From the IMG/VR virus record IMGVR_UViG_3300032093_000109, positions 1,314 to 65,313 of that record: a stretch of DNA of 64,000 nucleotides; one strand, 5' to 3'. The notes under the pieces are model-generated. The model made no database searches, had not been told where the DNA came from, and worked only from the letters and a program-made list of their open reading frames with translations. Below, one piece after another: positions 34,890-45,700 of the stretch (position 1 is its first letter; each line of letters opens with the position of its first letter). The position numbers and the translations under genes were made by a program. This DNA is from a virus (Duplodnaviria > Caudoviricetes).

Positions 34890-35117
34890 ATGCTGACAAC
34901 AACCCCTTTGACCGCACACCCCGCCGTGGTTGGTTCGCAAGAAGCCTTCCGCACAGAAACCGAAGCACGCGCCTTTTGGGACGCGCTGCCAAACAAGTTC
35001 GAGTACGCCTTCAAGTACATCGTCTCTGTCGATAAAAACGAAACCATCGCAGTGGTGCTTGTCCCCTGTTCCCCCGAACTCTACAAAGACTACTACGTCT
35101 TTGGCGAAGTCAAATAA
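34890..35117 (+). CDS. hypothetical protein
   Basis: AGGAG RBS; fills the gap. Confidence 0.55.
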   Translation: MLTTTPLTAHPAVVGSQEAFRTETEARAFWDALPNKFEYAFKYIVSVDKNETIAVVLVPCSPELYKDYYVFGEVK

Positions 35118-35141
35118 ACCCAACCTCAACTAGGAGTAACC

Positions 35142-36110
35142 ATGAGTGAAATCGCTCTCTTCGGCGGCAGTAAAGTCCCCGCCTTCGTTAAAAAAGCCGA
35201 GCTCTCGGCAATCGCCAAAGCCCTCGCAGGCGGCGCTGGTCAGTCTGGCAAGCGCATCAGCATTAAAGGCGGTGTGTTCCGCTTGGTGCACGACGGCAAG
35301 GAAGTCTCTCAGATTGAGGACCGTCACCTCGATGTCGTCATCGTCAACGCTGCCCCCAAGGTCAGCCGTATTTTCTTCGCCAAGAAGTGGGATGCCGACA
35401 GCACCACTGGCCCTGACTGCTGGTCCAGCGATGGCAACGTGCCTGACAAGGAAGTCACCGCACCCCAAGGCGAGAACTGCGCCAACTGCGACATGAACGC
35501 CAAGGGCTCCGGCACTGGCGAGATGAAGGCTTGCCGCTACCAGCAGCGCTTGGCTGTGGTGTTGGCCGATGATGTTGAAGGCGATGTCCTGCAGCTGTCG
35601 CTGCCTGCTACCTCGATCTTCGGCAAGGAAGCCAACGGCAAGTACCCCCTGCAAGCCTACGCCCGATTCCTCGCCGCCCAGAGCATCAGCCCTGAGATGG
35701 TCGTGACCGAGTTGCGCTTCGACACCACGGTGGAGAGCCCCAAGCTGGTGTTCAAAGCCAAGCGCTGGTTGAGCGACACCGAATACGAGACCGTGCAAGA
35801 GAAAGGCCAGAGCGACGACGCCGTCAAGGCTGTTCAGTTCAGTGTGGGTGCACCCGCTGCTCCCGCCGCTCCTGCTCTGGAAGGTAAGCGTCCTACCAAG
35901 ATTGCCCCGCCTCCTGCTGCGGATGCTGAGGAAGAGGAAGCGCCAGCACCAAAGGCCAAGGCCAAGGCCAAAGCCGCACCAGCTCCAGCACCTGTGGAAG
36001 AGGAAGAAGGCGAAGAGCCAGTGGTTCGTAAAGCTGCTGCCAAGAACACCAGCGTGCCAGCTAAGAGTGGCCTTGCCAACCTCGCTGCTGCGTGGGACGA
36101 CGAAGACTAA
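35142..36110 (+). CDS. single-stranded DNA-binding protein (probable)
   Basis: RISIKGG.F...PDCWS.DG..P...C..C...KACR; Ala/Pro linker; acidic WDDED tail. Confidence 0.65.
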   Translation: MSEIALFGGSKVPAFVKKAELSAIAKALAGGAGQSGKRISIKGGVFRLVHDGKEVSQIEDRHLDVVIVNAAPKVSRIFFAKKWDADSTTGPDCWSSDGNVPDKEVTAPQGENCANCDMNAKGSGTGEMKACRYQQRLAVVLADDVEGDVLQLSLPATSIFGKEANGKYPLQAYARFLAAQSISPEMVVTELRFDTTVESPKLVFKAKRWLSDTEYETVQEKGQSDDAVKAVQFSVGAPAAPAAPALEGKRPTKIAPPPAADAEEEEAPAPKAKAKAKAAPAPAPVEEEEGEEPVVRKAAAKNTSVPAKSGLANLAAAWDDED

Positions 36111-36118
36111 AAAGGAGT

Positions 36119-36140
36119 GGGGGCTTCGGCCCCCTGTTTG
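36119..36140 (+). terminator. hairpin/terminator after SSB
   Basis: GGGGGC-TTCG-GCCCCC then TGTTT. Confidence 0.55.
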
Positions 36141-36143
36141 CCC

Positions 36144-36422
36144 ATGGCCTATTCAGACAAAACCGTAGATGTGGTACTCAACGCCCCGAAGACGCTTGGT
36201 AGCCGACTCGGGCGCTGGGCCATTCATCTCGACTTCCCGGTGACCAAGATCGCCCAGTGTACGGGTGCTACGCGCCAGACTGTGTACAACTGGTTTGCAG
36301 GCGGCGATATGCTCGCGCCCTACGAAGATCGTGTCGCCGTCCTCATTAAAATTTTAGAGTCGTCCAGCAACGCTGAAGACGCATGGAGAAAAGCATGTCA
36401 AGCATTCGCCCTGAGAACCTGA
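36144..36422 (+). CDS. Cro-like HTH regulator
   Basis: V.KIA...GATRQTVYNWF.G. Confidence 0.8.
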   Translation: MAYSDKTVDVVLNAPKTLGSRLGRWAIHLDFPVTKIAQCTGATRQTVYNWFAGGDMLAPYEDRVAVLIKILESSSNAEDAWRKACQAFALRT

Positions 36423-36541
36423 CCAACGAAGAACTGTTGCGCTACGCTGCCTTGATTCCCGCAGGGGACGTTGCTGCGCTCCAAGCGTACAACACCGAGT
36501 TGTGCAAGCGGCTGATCGCCGCCCTCGACGACCAAAAATAA
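36395..36541 (+). CDS. small hypothetical protein (48 aa)
   Basis: Not in track; GGAG RBS; MSSIRPENLTNEELLRYA. Confidence 0.55.
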   Translation: MSSIRPENLTNEELLRYAALIPAGDVAALQAYNTELCKRLIAALDDQK

Positions 36542-36562
36542 AACCCCCTGCGAAGGAACTGT

Positions 36563-39500
36563 ATGTTGCCGCTTGAGTTTCTCGCGGTGGTTCTGCCGTC
36601 TGCGGGCCATGGCCACTATTGCGTGGCAGAACTATCGACGCCAAAAAAATCACACGTTTTTAAAACAACGCTTGGAGACCTGCAACCTACTCTGGATAAA
36701 TTTAATTCGGTCCCGTACGACACGTACGTGGCCATGGCCACCTTTGAAGAACCCGGTAAACGGATAGCAAAAAACGCACGCTTCCTGCGCTCGCTCTTCA
36801 TCGACATCGACTGCAACCACAAGCTCGACATCCCTGATGCCGAGGGCAACATAGCGCCACGGGAGTACCCATCTGCCAAGGCAGCGGTGCACGCGATCGA
36901 CAAGTTCTTGGAAGACAGCGGTCTGGGCGCGTTGGGCCAACCATGGCTGGCTTCATCCGGCGCAGGTGTTCACGCGTACTGGCCCCTGAGCGATGACGTG
37001 AGCGTTGAAGACTGGAAGCCAATCGCTGAGAACTTCAAGTCCCTGTGCAAGCAGTACGGGTTAGAGATCGACTTCACCGTCACAGCCGACGCAGCGCGTG
37101 TCATGCGCGTAATAGATACAACGAACACCGGCACCAAAGGCATCAAGAAGGTGCGTGGTGTAACACGTTCTAAGCTGGTCTCGCAGGGCGACATCTTCGA
37201 TCTGGACGACTTGGCCAAGGCCATACGCACCAAGCTGGTCGCCCCCTCGTTTGAGACCAAGCAAGCGCTCATGCTCCCCGGTGCACGACCGAACGCTGCC
37301 AAGAGCTCCACCGCACTCAAGCTGTTCGCCGACAGCAAGACCTCGTTCAAGAAGATTCTCAACGCGTCTGTGCAGGGCACAGGTTGCGGCCAGCTCGTGT
37401 ACTACATGGAGAACGCCACCAAGGATGGGCTTGAGCCACTGTGGCGCGGTCTGCTCTCATGGGCCAAGTGCTGTGAAGATGACGGCTTGAAGTACGCCCA
37501 GCGCTTGTCGGACCTGCACCCCTACGAGCCCGAGCGCATGCAGCAGAAGTGGCAAGAGATCAAAGGCCCCTACCCCTGCTTGAAGATGGACGGCGAGAAC
37601 CCCGGCATCTGCTCCAGCTGCCCGCACTTTGGCAAGATCACCAACCCCTTGGGGCTTGGCCGTGTCGTTGAGTTCGACACCACCGAGAAAGAAATTAGCT
37701 TGGCACCCCGTGAGGTGCAGCCCGAATACCACGACGAGTCCAGCGTTGATGAGGAACTGGACGCCTACTACGAAGCCGAGGACAGCGAAGCGGCTGCCGC
37801 CCCGACAGTGACTCGACCCAGCGCTCCACGTGGCTTTGGCTACGGCCGCACAGGCGGCGTGTACATGGAGAGAAGCGACGAGGACGCTGACGGTAAGACC
37901 ACAACCAAGCAGATCATGCTGCTGCCCTTCGACTTGTTTGTTGTGCGCTTGCTCAAGGCCAACAACGAGCACACCGTGCACATGATTTACGACCGCAAGG
38001 AAGGCCCACAGGAGATCATGCTCCCGCAGAAGGCCGTCGTGTCCAAGGACGAGACCGTCAAGTCGCTGGCCTCTCAGAACGTCATCGCGCAGTTCGGCGC
38101 TGGCAACGACAAGAACTTGTTTGAGTACGTCCGCGCCTGTGTGAACGAAGCCAGTACGAACCAGCAAGCCGTCAAGGTGCCCGACCACTGCGGCTGGCAG
38201 GAGGACAACAGCTACGTGCACAACTACAAGGTCTTCCGCCCCCACAAGAAAACAGTGTCGATGCCTATGCAGGGTATGGAGAACGTCAACCACGGCATGA
38301 ACGCCTACGGCACGATGGAGCAGTGGCAGAAGTTCATGAACATGCTGATCGCCAAAGAAATGTACGAGGTGCTGACGATCTTCTTGTGCTCAGCCTCCGC
38401 TCCGCTCATGCGCTTCACAGGCATCAACGGCCTGACCTACCACTTCACTTCGCGTGGGTCCGGTACGGGTAAGTCACTGGGGCTGGACGCAGGCGCTTCT
38501 CTTTGGGGCAGCCCCCTAGGGTACCGCGTGAGCCGGGACACTTCGCCCGTGGCCTTTCAACAGCGCTTGGGTTTGCTGCACAGCTCTCCGCTCATCACCG
38601 ATGAGATAACGCAGAAGAACCGCAACGCCGAAATGGAGTGGCTGCCTTCGTTCCTGTTCGACATGGCCGAGGGTAAGGGCAAGGAGCGTATGGAGGCGGG
38701 TGCCAACCGTGAGCGCATCAACACGACTTACTGGCGCACAGTGGCGCTCCTGACCTCCAACAACCCAGCGGTGGACTACCTGACTGGTACCCGTGCCCAC
38801 TCCTCTGAGGGTGAGCTGCGCCGTCTGCTGGAGTTGACCATGGAAACCCAGCTCTCTTGGACTCCTGACGAAGTCACTATCATCAAGTCTCTTGCTGATA
38901 ACTGCGGCCACGCAGCTCCAGTTTTTATTCAGTACATGGTCGATAACTTCGACAAGGTGCGTGAGCTGACCAACCTCACGACTGCGCGGATGTACAAAGA
39001 ACTCGAAGCAACCAACGACGAGCGCTACTGGATGGCCGGGGTTGGTACCGCCATGGCCGCTGGCATTCTGCTCGGGCCGAAGCACACGAACGTCGTTAAC
39101 CTTCCCCTGCGCAAGATTCTAGAAGTCTTCCGTGGCATGGTGGACAACATGCGCGAGCACACCCGCAAGTCTCAGCGTGCAGCAACCGACATCCTCAACA
39201 TGTTCGTGCGCGAGAACTACGGCAAGATGGTCAACGTGGTCTATCTGGACCACAAGATTCAGGTGTTGGCCAACGGCTTGGATGCGTCCACCGACAACGA
39301 TCTGGCCGAGAACAAATCCATGACGCGCACAGTGGTGATGGGCCGAGTCGAGCGCGGTGTTACAGTGGGCATGACCGACTTCTATATCGAGGAGCGAGTG
39401 ATGCGTGCGTTCTGTTCTGGCAAGAGCTTCGGGTACTCCGACTTCAAGCGTCAGATCGAGAAGGTGTACCCCACCAAGTACTGCCGTAAGAACCTGACCG

Positions 39501-39607
39501 CCAAGACGGACGGCCCAGATATGCGGGTGCAGGCCATCTGTATCTCGCAACCTCAGTCAGATGCACAAGCGGACGCGGATGCAGACGCGCTGGACAATGC
39601 GGATTAA
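36563..39607 (+). CDS. primase-helicase (AEP/RepB'-like primase plus DUF927 P-loop)
   Basis: FIDIDC, SG.GVHAYW, D.ARVMR, C..CPH; Walker A GSGTGKS; DE.T; G.GKER. Confidence 0.85.
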   Translation: MLPLEFLAVVLPSAGHGHYCVAELSTPKKSHVFKTTLGDLQPTLDKFNSVPYDTYVAMATFEEPGKRIAKNARFLRSLFIDIDCNHKLDIPDAEGNIAPREYPSAKAAVHAIDKFLEDSGLGALGQPWLASSGAGVHAYWPLSDDVSVEDWKPIAENFKSLCKQYGLEIDFTVTADAARVMRVIDTTNTGTKGIKKVRGVTRSKLVSQGDIFDLDDLAKAIRTKLVAPSFETKQALMLPGARPNAAKSSTALKLFADSKTSFKKILNASVQGTGCGQLVYYMENATKDGLEPLWRGLLSWAKCCEDDGLKYAQRLSDLHPYEPERMQQKWQEIKGPYPCLKMDGENPGICSSCPHFGKITNPLGLGRVVEFDTTEKEISLAPREVQPEYHDESSVDEELDAYYEAEDSEAAAAPTVTRPSAPRGFGYGRTGGVYMERSDEDADGKTTTKQIMLLPFDLFVVRLLKANNEHTVHMIYDRKEGPQEIMLPQKAVVSKDETVKSLASQNVIAQFGAGNDKNLFEYVRACVNEASTNQQAVKVPDHCGWQEDNSYVHNYKVFRPHKKTVSMPMQGMENVNHGMNAYGTMEQWQKFMNMLIAKEMYEVLTIFLCSASAPLMRFTGINGLTYHFTSRGSGTGKSLGLDAGASLWGSPLGYRVSRDTSPVAFQQRLGLLHSSPLITDEITQKNRNAEMEWLPSFLFDMAEGKGKERMEAGANRERINTTYWRTVALLTSNNPAVDYLTGTRAHSSEGELRRLLELTMETQLSWTPDEVTIIKSLADNCGHAAPVFIQYMVDNFDKVRELTNLTTARMYKELEATNDERYWMAGVGTAMAAGILLGPKHTNVVNLPLRKILEVFRGMVDNMREHTRKSQRAATDILNMFVRENYGKMVNVVYLDHKIQVLANGLDASTDNDLAENKSMTRTVVMGRVERGVTVGMTDFYIEERVMRAFCSGKSFGYSDFKRQIEKVYPTKYCRKNLTAKTDGPDMRVQAICISQPQSDAQADADADALDNAD

Positions 39608-39788
39608 CTACCCATGGGACAGGCTGGAGAAAGGGCAGGGGTTCTTCATCCCTGCCCTCGACCTTGAGAAAGCCAGAGAAGACGGACTGATTGCAGCTAT
39701 GCAGGTCCGCTTCTTCTACCCCCACTACATGTACGTCATCAAGGACGGACTCATTGGGGTCTGGTTCTACCGAACGCCCATCACTTAG
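39597..39788 (+). CDS. small conserved phage protein
   Basis: YPW..LE.GQGFFIP.LD; converges with the giant gene. Confidence 0.6.
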   Translation: MRINYPWDRLEKGQGFFIPALDLEKAREDGLIAAMQVRFFYPHYMYVIKDGLIGVWFYRTPIT

Positions 39789-42700
39789 CCATCCGCGCAA
39801 CCTCTTTGACCTGCTCCGCCAGCTTGCGCTGGTACAAGTCAATCTCGTTCAGGCGCTCGCGCTTCTCTGCGGCGCTGAAGTCCGGGTCGCTGTTGATGGC
39901 TCGGCGCATCGCAGCCAGCTCACCCATGGCCTGTTGGAAGCTACCACCGGTAGAGCTCAGCGCGATCTCACGTGCATACTTGTCGGCGAAGGCCCGTGCC
40001 TCGGCCTGACGGCCGTCCGTGACCAACCGCTTGAACGTGCCGGCTGCCTGCTGCCAGTCCTCAACATCCGCGTACACCGACGCCACGATACCGCGCCCGT
40101 TGTTGGGTTGGAACGCAGCGCCGAAGAATGGTGTCTCGGTGAGCTTGCTCTCGGCGTTCTCTCCTGCAGTGTCGCTGTTGAACGGGCGCAGTACCGGGTT
40201 GACCAAAGACATTGTCAAGATACCAAGGCTGCCGGTGTAGCCGCGAACCAAGTGCTCGACCTGCAGCGGAGACACGCCGACTTGTCCCATCAGCTTGGCC
40301 AGCTCCGTGGTGTTGGGGCGGTAGCGCTCGGCCGGGATGGTGCCCAGTTCGCGCTGGCTCTCGATCGGTGCCTTGGTAAAGAAGCTGTAGTTGGCCATCG
40401 ACTCAATGATGGGCTTGGCAATCGTTGGGATGTCGCCGGGAATGGACATACCCAGAACGTGACGCAAGCCCTTCAGTGTGTCCTTGGATTCGGCATCATT
40501 AAACGCTGCGTTGAAAATCAACTCAGGGATGGCTTTGGCCACAGCACCGACTTCAAACGGGATTGGTATCCGAATCGCCGCCTCAAGTCCGGGTACAGGG
40601 ATGAACCAGTTCATGGCCCGTTCTTCTGGCGTGGCGTTTTTGTACGCCTCGTCGTCTTGCATGGCCACAGCGTACGCCAAGGTAGCGCCCATCATCAATG
40701 CTGCGCGTTGGTACAGCTTCTGACGAACCTGCAGCTTGTCTTGGAAGACCGTTTCGCCCGTCACACCCGTGCGCCAGACCGAGTCCAGACCTTGGAGCTG
40801 AGCGTTGAAGAACGGGATCAGCGTGGAGATCATGTACAGGCTGGTGGACGTACCCCGGCGTGAGAAGTTCATCACCTCGGCGGCACCCAGCGCGGCTTCG
40901 AAGTGGCTCATGCCTTGCTCACGGTACTTGTCGTACAGCACAGCGCGGGTAGCGGTATCGCCTTGCAGGGCGAAGTTGTCCAGACTCTGCATTGCAGAAC
41001 TCCAGCTCATGCCGCCTTGATTGGCCAAGTCCCGCAGGGTGCGTGAGGCGTCGTTAAAGTCGCCCGTCATCACGTTGGAGCTGACAGCGCCGGAGCGCAT
41101 GAGTTTAATTTCGGTTGGGCTCAGGCCACGGCGAATCTTCGTCATCTCTTTGATCGAGCTGACAATAGGCGTGAAGTTCAAGCCCGTGACCATCCAAGCG
41201 TGCAATGGGTCACGGATCATCTGGCGGATCATGTACAGGGGCATGCGAACAATAGACGAGCGCAGCCATTGCGTTGGCATACCAGCAATTTTCAGCGCCG
41301 TAGGTACGGACGCTTTGATACCGTGCAGACCTTGGAGCAGTAGCTCGGCAGGAATATCTTTGGGGAACAGGTCCGCATCTAACTTGACCCAGAACGACTT
41401 GCCGGCCTGCTTGAAACGAATTGAGTTGGCCGGACCCTCGCCTTCGACGATCGTACCCATACCCAAGCTCTGCACCATGTACCCTACATCACGCGCTTGC
41501 AAGTTTTGCATGGACATGCGGGTGAGCAACTGGGCGTTCTGCATCACGCTCTCAGTAAAGCCGAGGAAGTCTTTCTCCCCGCCAACCAAGTCCTTGAGCT
41601 GGGGCTGCTGAATGACGTTACCAATTGTGCGGCGGGTGTTACCCACAAGCATCTCGATGTTGCCGTTATCCGTCTGGCGATAAAACGGCACGTAGTTACC
41701 GCTCTTAAAGTAGTTCCACTCCGCGTTTGTGAAGACGCCCGCAGCGTGCGCAAAGTCCAGCATACCTAAGTTGTACTCACGGAACTCTTTCTCCGCCTGC
41801 TCAAACGCTTGCTTGACCTTGGGGTTCTTTGCGATGAACTCCTTCTGCTCACGGATTTCTCGAACAGTTGGAGGGTTGCGCATGTTGAGCACCTCATACC
41901 CGCGCTTGTCGCCCTCAATACGCTTGATCTGCATGTACTTGTAGAACTGCTCTTCGACGGCCTTCATGTTGCCGATGTCTGGCACAGCGCCGCGCAGGGT
42001 CTGCAGTACCTTCATGACCGACGGCTTCTTGTCATCCACGTCTACGCCGAAGTAACCCTTCTCGTCCTTGACCAACTTCAAAGGGCCGTTCAAAAGGGCT
42101 TGGTGTACAAAACGGTTGATCTCACTGTACAAGCGCATGTAGATGCGTGTCTGCATGGCATCGGTCTCGGTCAGCTTCTTGCCGCTTAGACCCATCTGCA
42201 CCAGAGCTTCACGTGCGCCCCATGCGTCCAGTGTTTTGACGCGCAGACCCAGCGCCCATGTGGAAAGCTTTTCGTTGAAGGTTTTGCTGCGTTGATCGCT
42301 GCCGCCGAAGGACCGCCGCATGCTCTCAGGCACATTGGCGTTGTACTTGGCGTTGTCGCCGGGGACGATACCCCGCATGACCGAGGCGACGCGGGCAGCC
42401 GCGATAGGCTGTGCAGGAGCAAACAGCTTGTAGATGTTCTCGACGGCTTGGTCAGAAACAGTCTTTGGCGAGAAGCCCAGCATGCGCAGAATAGCGTCGT
42501 ACATGCGCTGCAGAACACCGCGCTCGTCCAGCATGTTGCGCAGCTTGTTGTTGGACATTACCTCGGAGACCATCTCTTCCACGGAGTACTTGGCGTACTC
42601 GCGGTTGAAACGGGGGTCGGCCTGCACTTTTGCAAACAGGCTTTCCAAGTCTTGACGGGCTTGGCGCTGCTCGGGGGTCAGTGTGGCTGGGTCTGCGCGG

Positions 42701-45700
42701 AGCAAAGTCAAGGTAGCGGGGTGCACCACCTCGTGCAAGAACGCTTCCTCAGTCATGCCGGTGACGCTGCTGATCTGGACCTGCATGTCTTTGCCGACGT
42801 ACAAACCTTCCACAGGCACGCCGTTGGAGTCCACCACGTTGGGGTTGGAGACGAGCGTCACACCTTTGAGGTACGGGGCCACGAGCTTAGCCAGCTCACG
42901 CACGAAAGGCGTGGAGCCTTCTTCTTGCAGACGGACCAAAGCGTCTTCCAGATTACCGGAGCGCACTTCTTCCTTGACCGTGGTGGGCAGCTCTGTGGTT
43001 GGGCGAGCGTCGTAATCCGCGTTTCGGATTACAGAGGCGTGAGTGTCGTCTCCGTAGTACATGTCACCGATAACGTCCTGCAAGTAGTTTGCTTCTTTGG
43101 ACGCTTTTGGTGCGCGTGTTGGTTGCTTTTTCTTTTTCTTCTCGGCAGCAACGACCGCCTCTACGATTGGGGTAGCCTCTGCCTTGGCATCTTGCAGTTC
43201 TTTTGCGATCTTGTTGGCTGTCTTCTGCTCTTTCTTTCCAACAGGTGTGTCGCGTTGCTTGGTGCCGCGTGCCTCTTCAATCTTGGTCTCAGGCACGGGG
43301 ACGTTCTTGTCATTGATGCTTTCTTCAGACGCAGTGCGAAGCTTACGAGGCGCTGCAGATTGCTTTCGAGTAGCAGGGCCTGTGCTCTGCGTATTCGCTG
43401 CGTTCTGGATGTCGCGTAACTGGCTCAGTTTGTAGCGGTACTCACCCAGCAACGCCCTAGCGTTTTGAGTAGCAACGGAGTCACCGCTTTCTTGCGCGGC
43501 GTCAAAGTCTGCCTGCGCATCTTTAACTTGTTGCTCCGCATCCGACAACGCCTTGGCGTTTACATTACGGGGTTCGGCCAAACGTGCTTGACGTGCCTCG
43601 TTCAAACCGTCCAGCTTAGTCTGCGCTGCAGCAAGCGCGGCTTCTGCGTTCTTGACGGCTTTGGGTTTGCCTTGTTCTTTGGCTGCATCCAACGCAGCCC
43701 GCACGTTTCTGACTTGCTTCTCGGCGGCACTGATTGCATCCAGTTCGCGGTCTCGCGTCTCGGCCATTTGAGCGGCTTGCTCTTGGCGCTGCTGTTCCGG
43801 CGTTTTAATGGCGGTTTTGGTAACACCCGTTCTGCGGCCAATCTTGGCGTCGCGTTCGTTGAGTTGCTTCAACAGGTTGTCGATCTTCTGCTGCTGCTTA
43901 GCCCGCTTCGGCTTCTCAAGTTCTGCACGGTTTGCCCCGCGCTCGACGGCCTTACGCTCTTTCTGGTTAAGCAGCTCCCCTGCCAACTTATCGCGTTCTT
44001 TGGCGAGGTTCTCCAAAATAATCGCTCGGGCGCGTAAATCGTCCTGCAGGGTAGCGTCGCGCTTTTCTCTGCTGAGTTCCACCTCGGCCTCTACTGCGCG
44101 AAGGGCGGCAACCGCTGCAGCACGCTCGTCTGCACTCAAAGCAACGAGGTTTTTATCCACACCGCTTTCAACCCGCGCAATAAGCTCAGCCACCTTGTCT
44201 TTACCTAGATCACTGATGATGTCTTGAATCTGTTCACGGCGCTTTTCGAAGGACACCAGTGTGCGTGACGAGTAGACCGGCAACAGCGCTTCAATAGCCG
44301 CTTGTGTGTCTTTGCGCTCTGCCTTGGGTGCGACGCGGACGTTGCGGCGTTCGGTTTCTTTTTGTTTACCCTTGATGGCGTCTTTGTAGCGGTTAACCGC
44401 TTCGCGCATGGCGTCGGACTGCCGCGCCAACTCTGTCAGCTGCGCTTCAAGGGGTTTAACCAGCGCATCCATGCGAGTCTTCAAACCGGCTTCAACGTCT
44501 GCACGAATAGTGCGGGCCACGTCGGCGTCGGAACGCAACGCGTTGAGCTCTTGCACCAACTCCGGATCAGCACCCAGCGCTTTGAGCGCGGCATCGAGGC
44601 TACGCTTAGCGTTGTTGCGTGCTGTTGTCAGACCTGTCATGCGGCGGGACAGCGTGCGCAGCTCAAGCTGCAACGCAATATCTTTCTGCAAAAAGTCCAG
44701 TGTGCGCTCGTCTTTGCGTGCCGCCGGGTCAGTGGTCCACCAGAAACTGCGCATCTCGTTGATGAGTTTCTGATGTGTGTCTTGCACTTGCTTTTGAAGG
44801 CGTTGCAGCTCGTCTTTATCCGCAACCAGTGCGGCGTAATCGGGGGTCTTTTGGCTGACGCGCACATTTGTGCCGTACAGTTTGTTCCAAGCCTCGTCGT
44901 ATTTTTTCTTAGCGGCGTTGTAGAACGACGTGTAGCCTTGCAAAGTACGCAAGGTGTTCTTGACCTTGGTGACACGCTCGTCTTTTTGCTTTTCGCGCTT
45001 CTCGATAGCGTCGATGGCTGCGCTGAAATCCGCCTGCTGCGTTTCAATTTGGCTGGTGATTTGCTCCGAAGCAATCTTGGCTTCCGTCAGTTTGGCATAT
45101 GCGTTCCAGTACGCCATGTTGAACGGCAACAGCGCTTCGTCCATGTCCGCTTGCAGTTCCGACAGAGCTTTTTTGGTTTCTTGCACCAACGCTTCTGCCA
45201 CTGCTTTTTCAGGTGAGCCGTCAAGCTCTTGCTGAGCAGCGTTGCGCTGCGCGATCAGCCGCGCAATTTCTTCCTGCAACTCTTTTGCGCGTGTTTCCAG
45301 AGGGGCCATAAGCTTCTGCGCACGGGCTTGCGTTTCGCCAACAAGGTCAAGCGCGTCTCGCACTTGAGCCAACTCGGTGCTGGCCATGTAATTGTCGAAG
45401 TCGAGGAAGTCGGAGAACAGGGTGCCGATGTCTGCGGCAAACATGTCGGTTTGAACGGCACGGCGAACTTCGCCCGTGGCACGGCGATCCATGCCGCCTT
45501 CTTTGCCTTCGCGGCTGGTGCCACGCAGTGCTTCGCGCTCTTTGGGTGTGTACGCACGCCCCGCACGCTCAGTGACTTGCTCGGTCTCGGAGCGCTTTGC
45601 TTCGTCAATGTTGCGCAGAATGGCTTGCACTTCTTTGCGAAGCGTGGGGGACGGGTTGCCTGTGGTCAGGCCGTACAAATACTCGCCGACAATTTCTGTC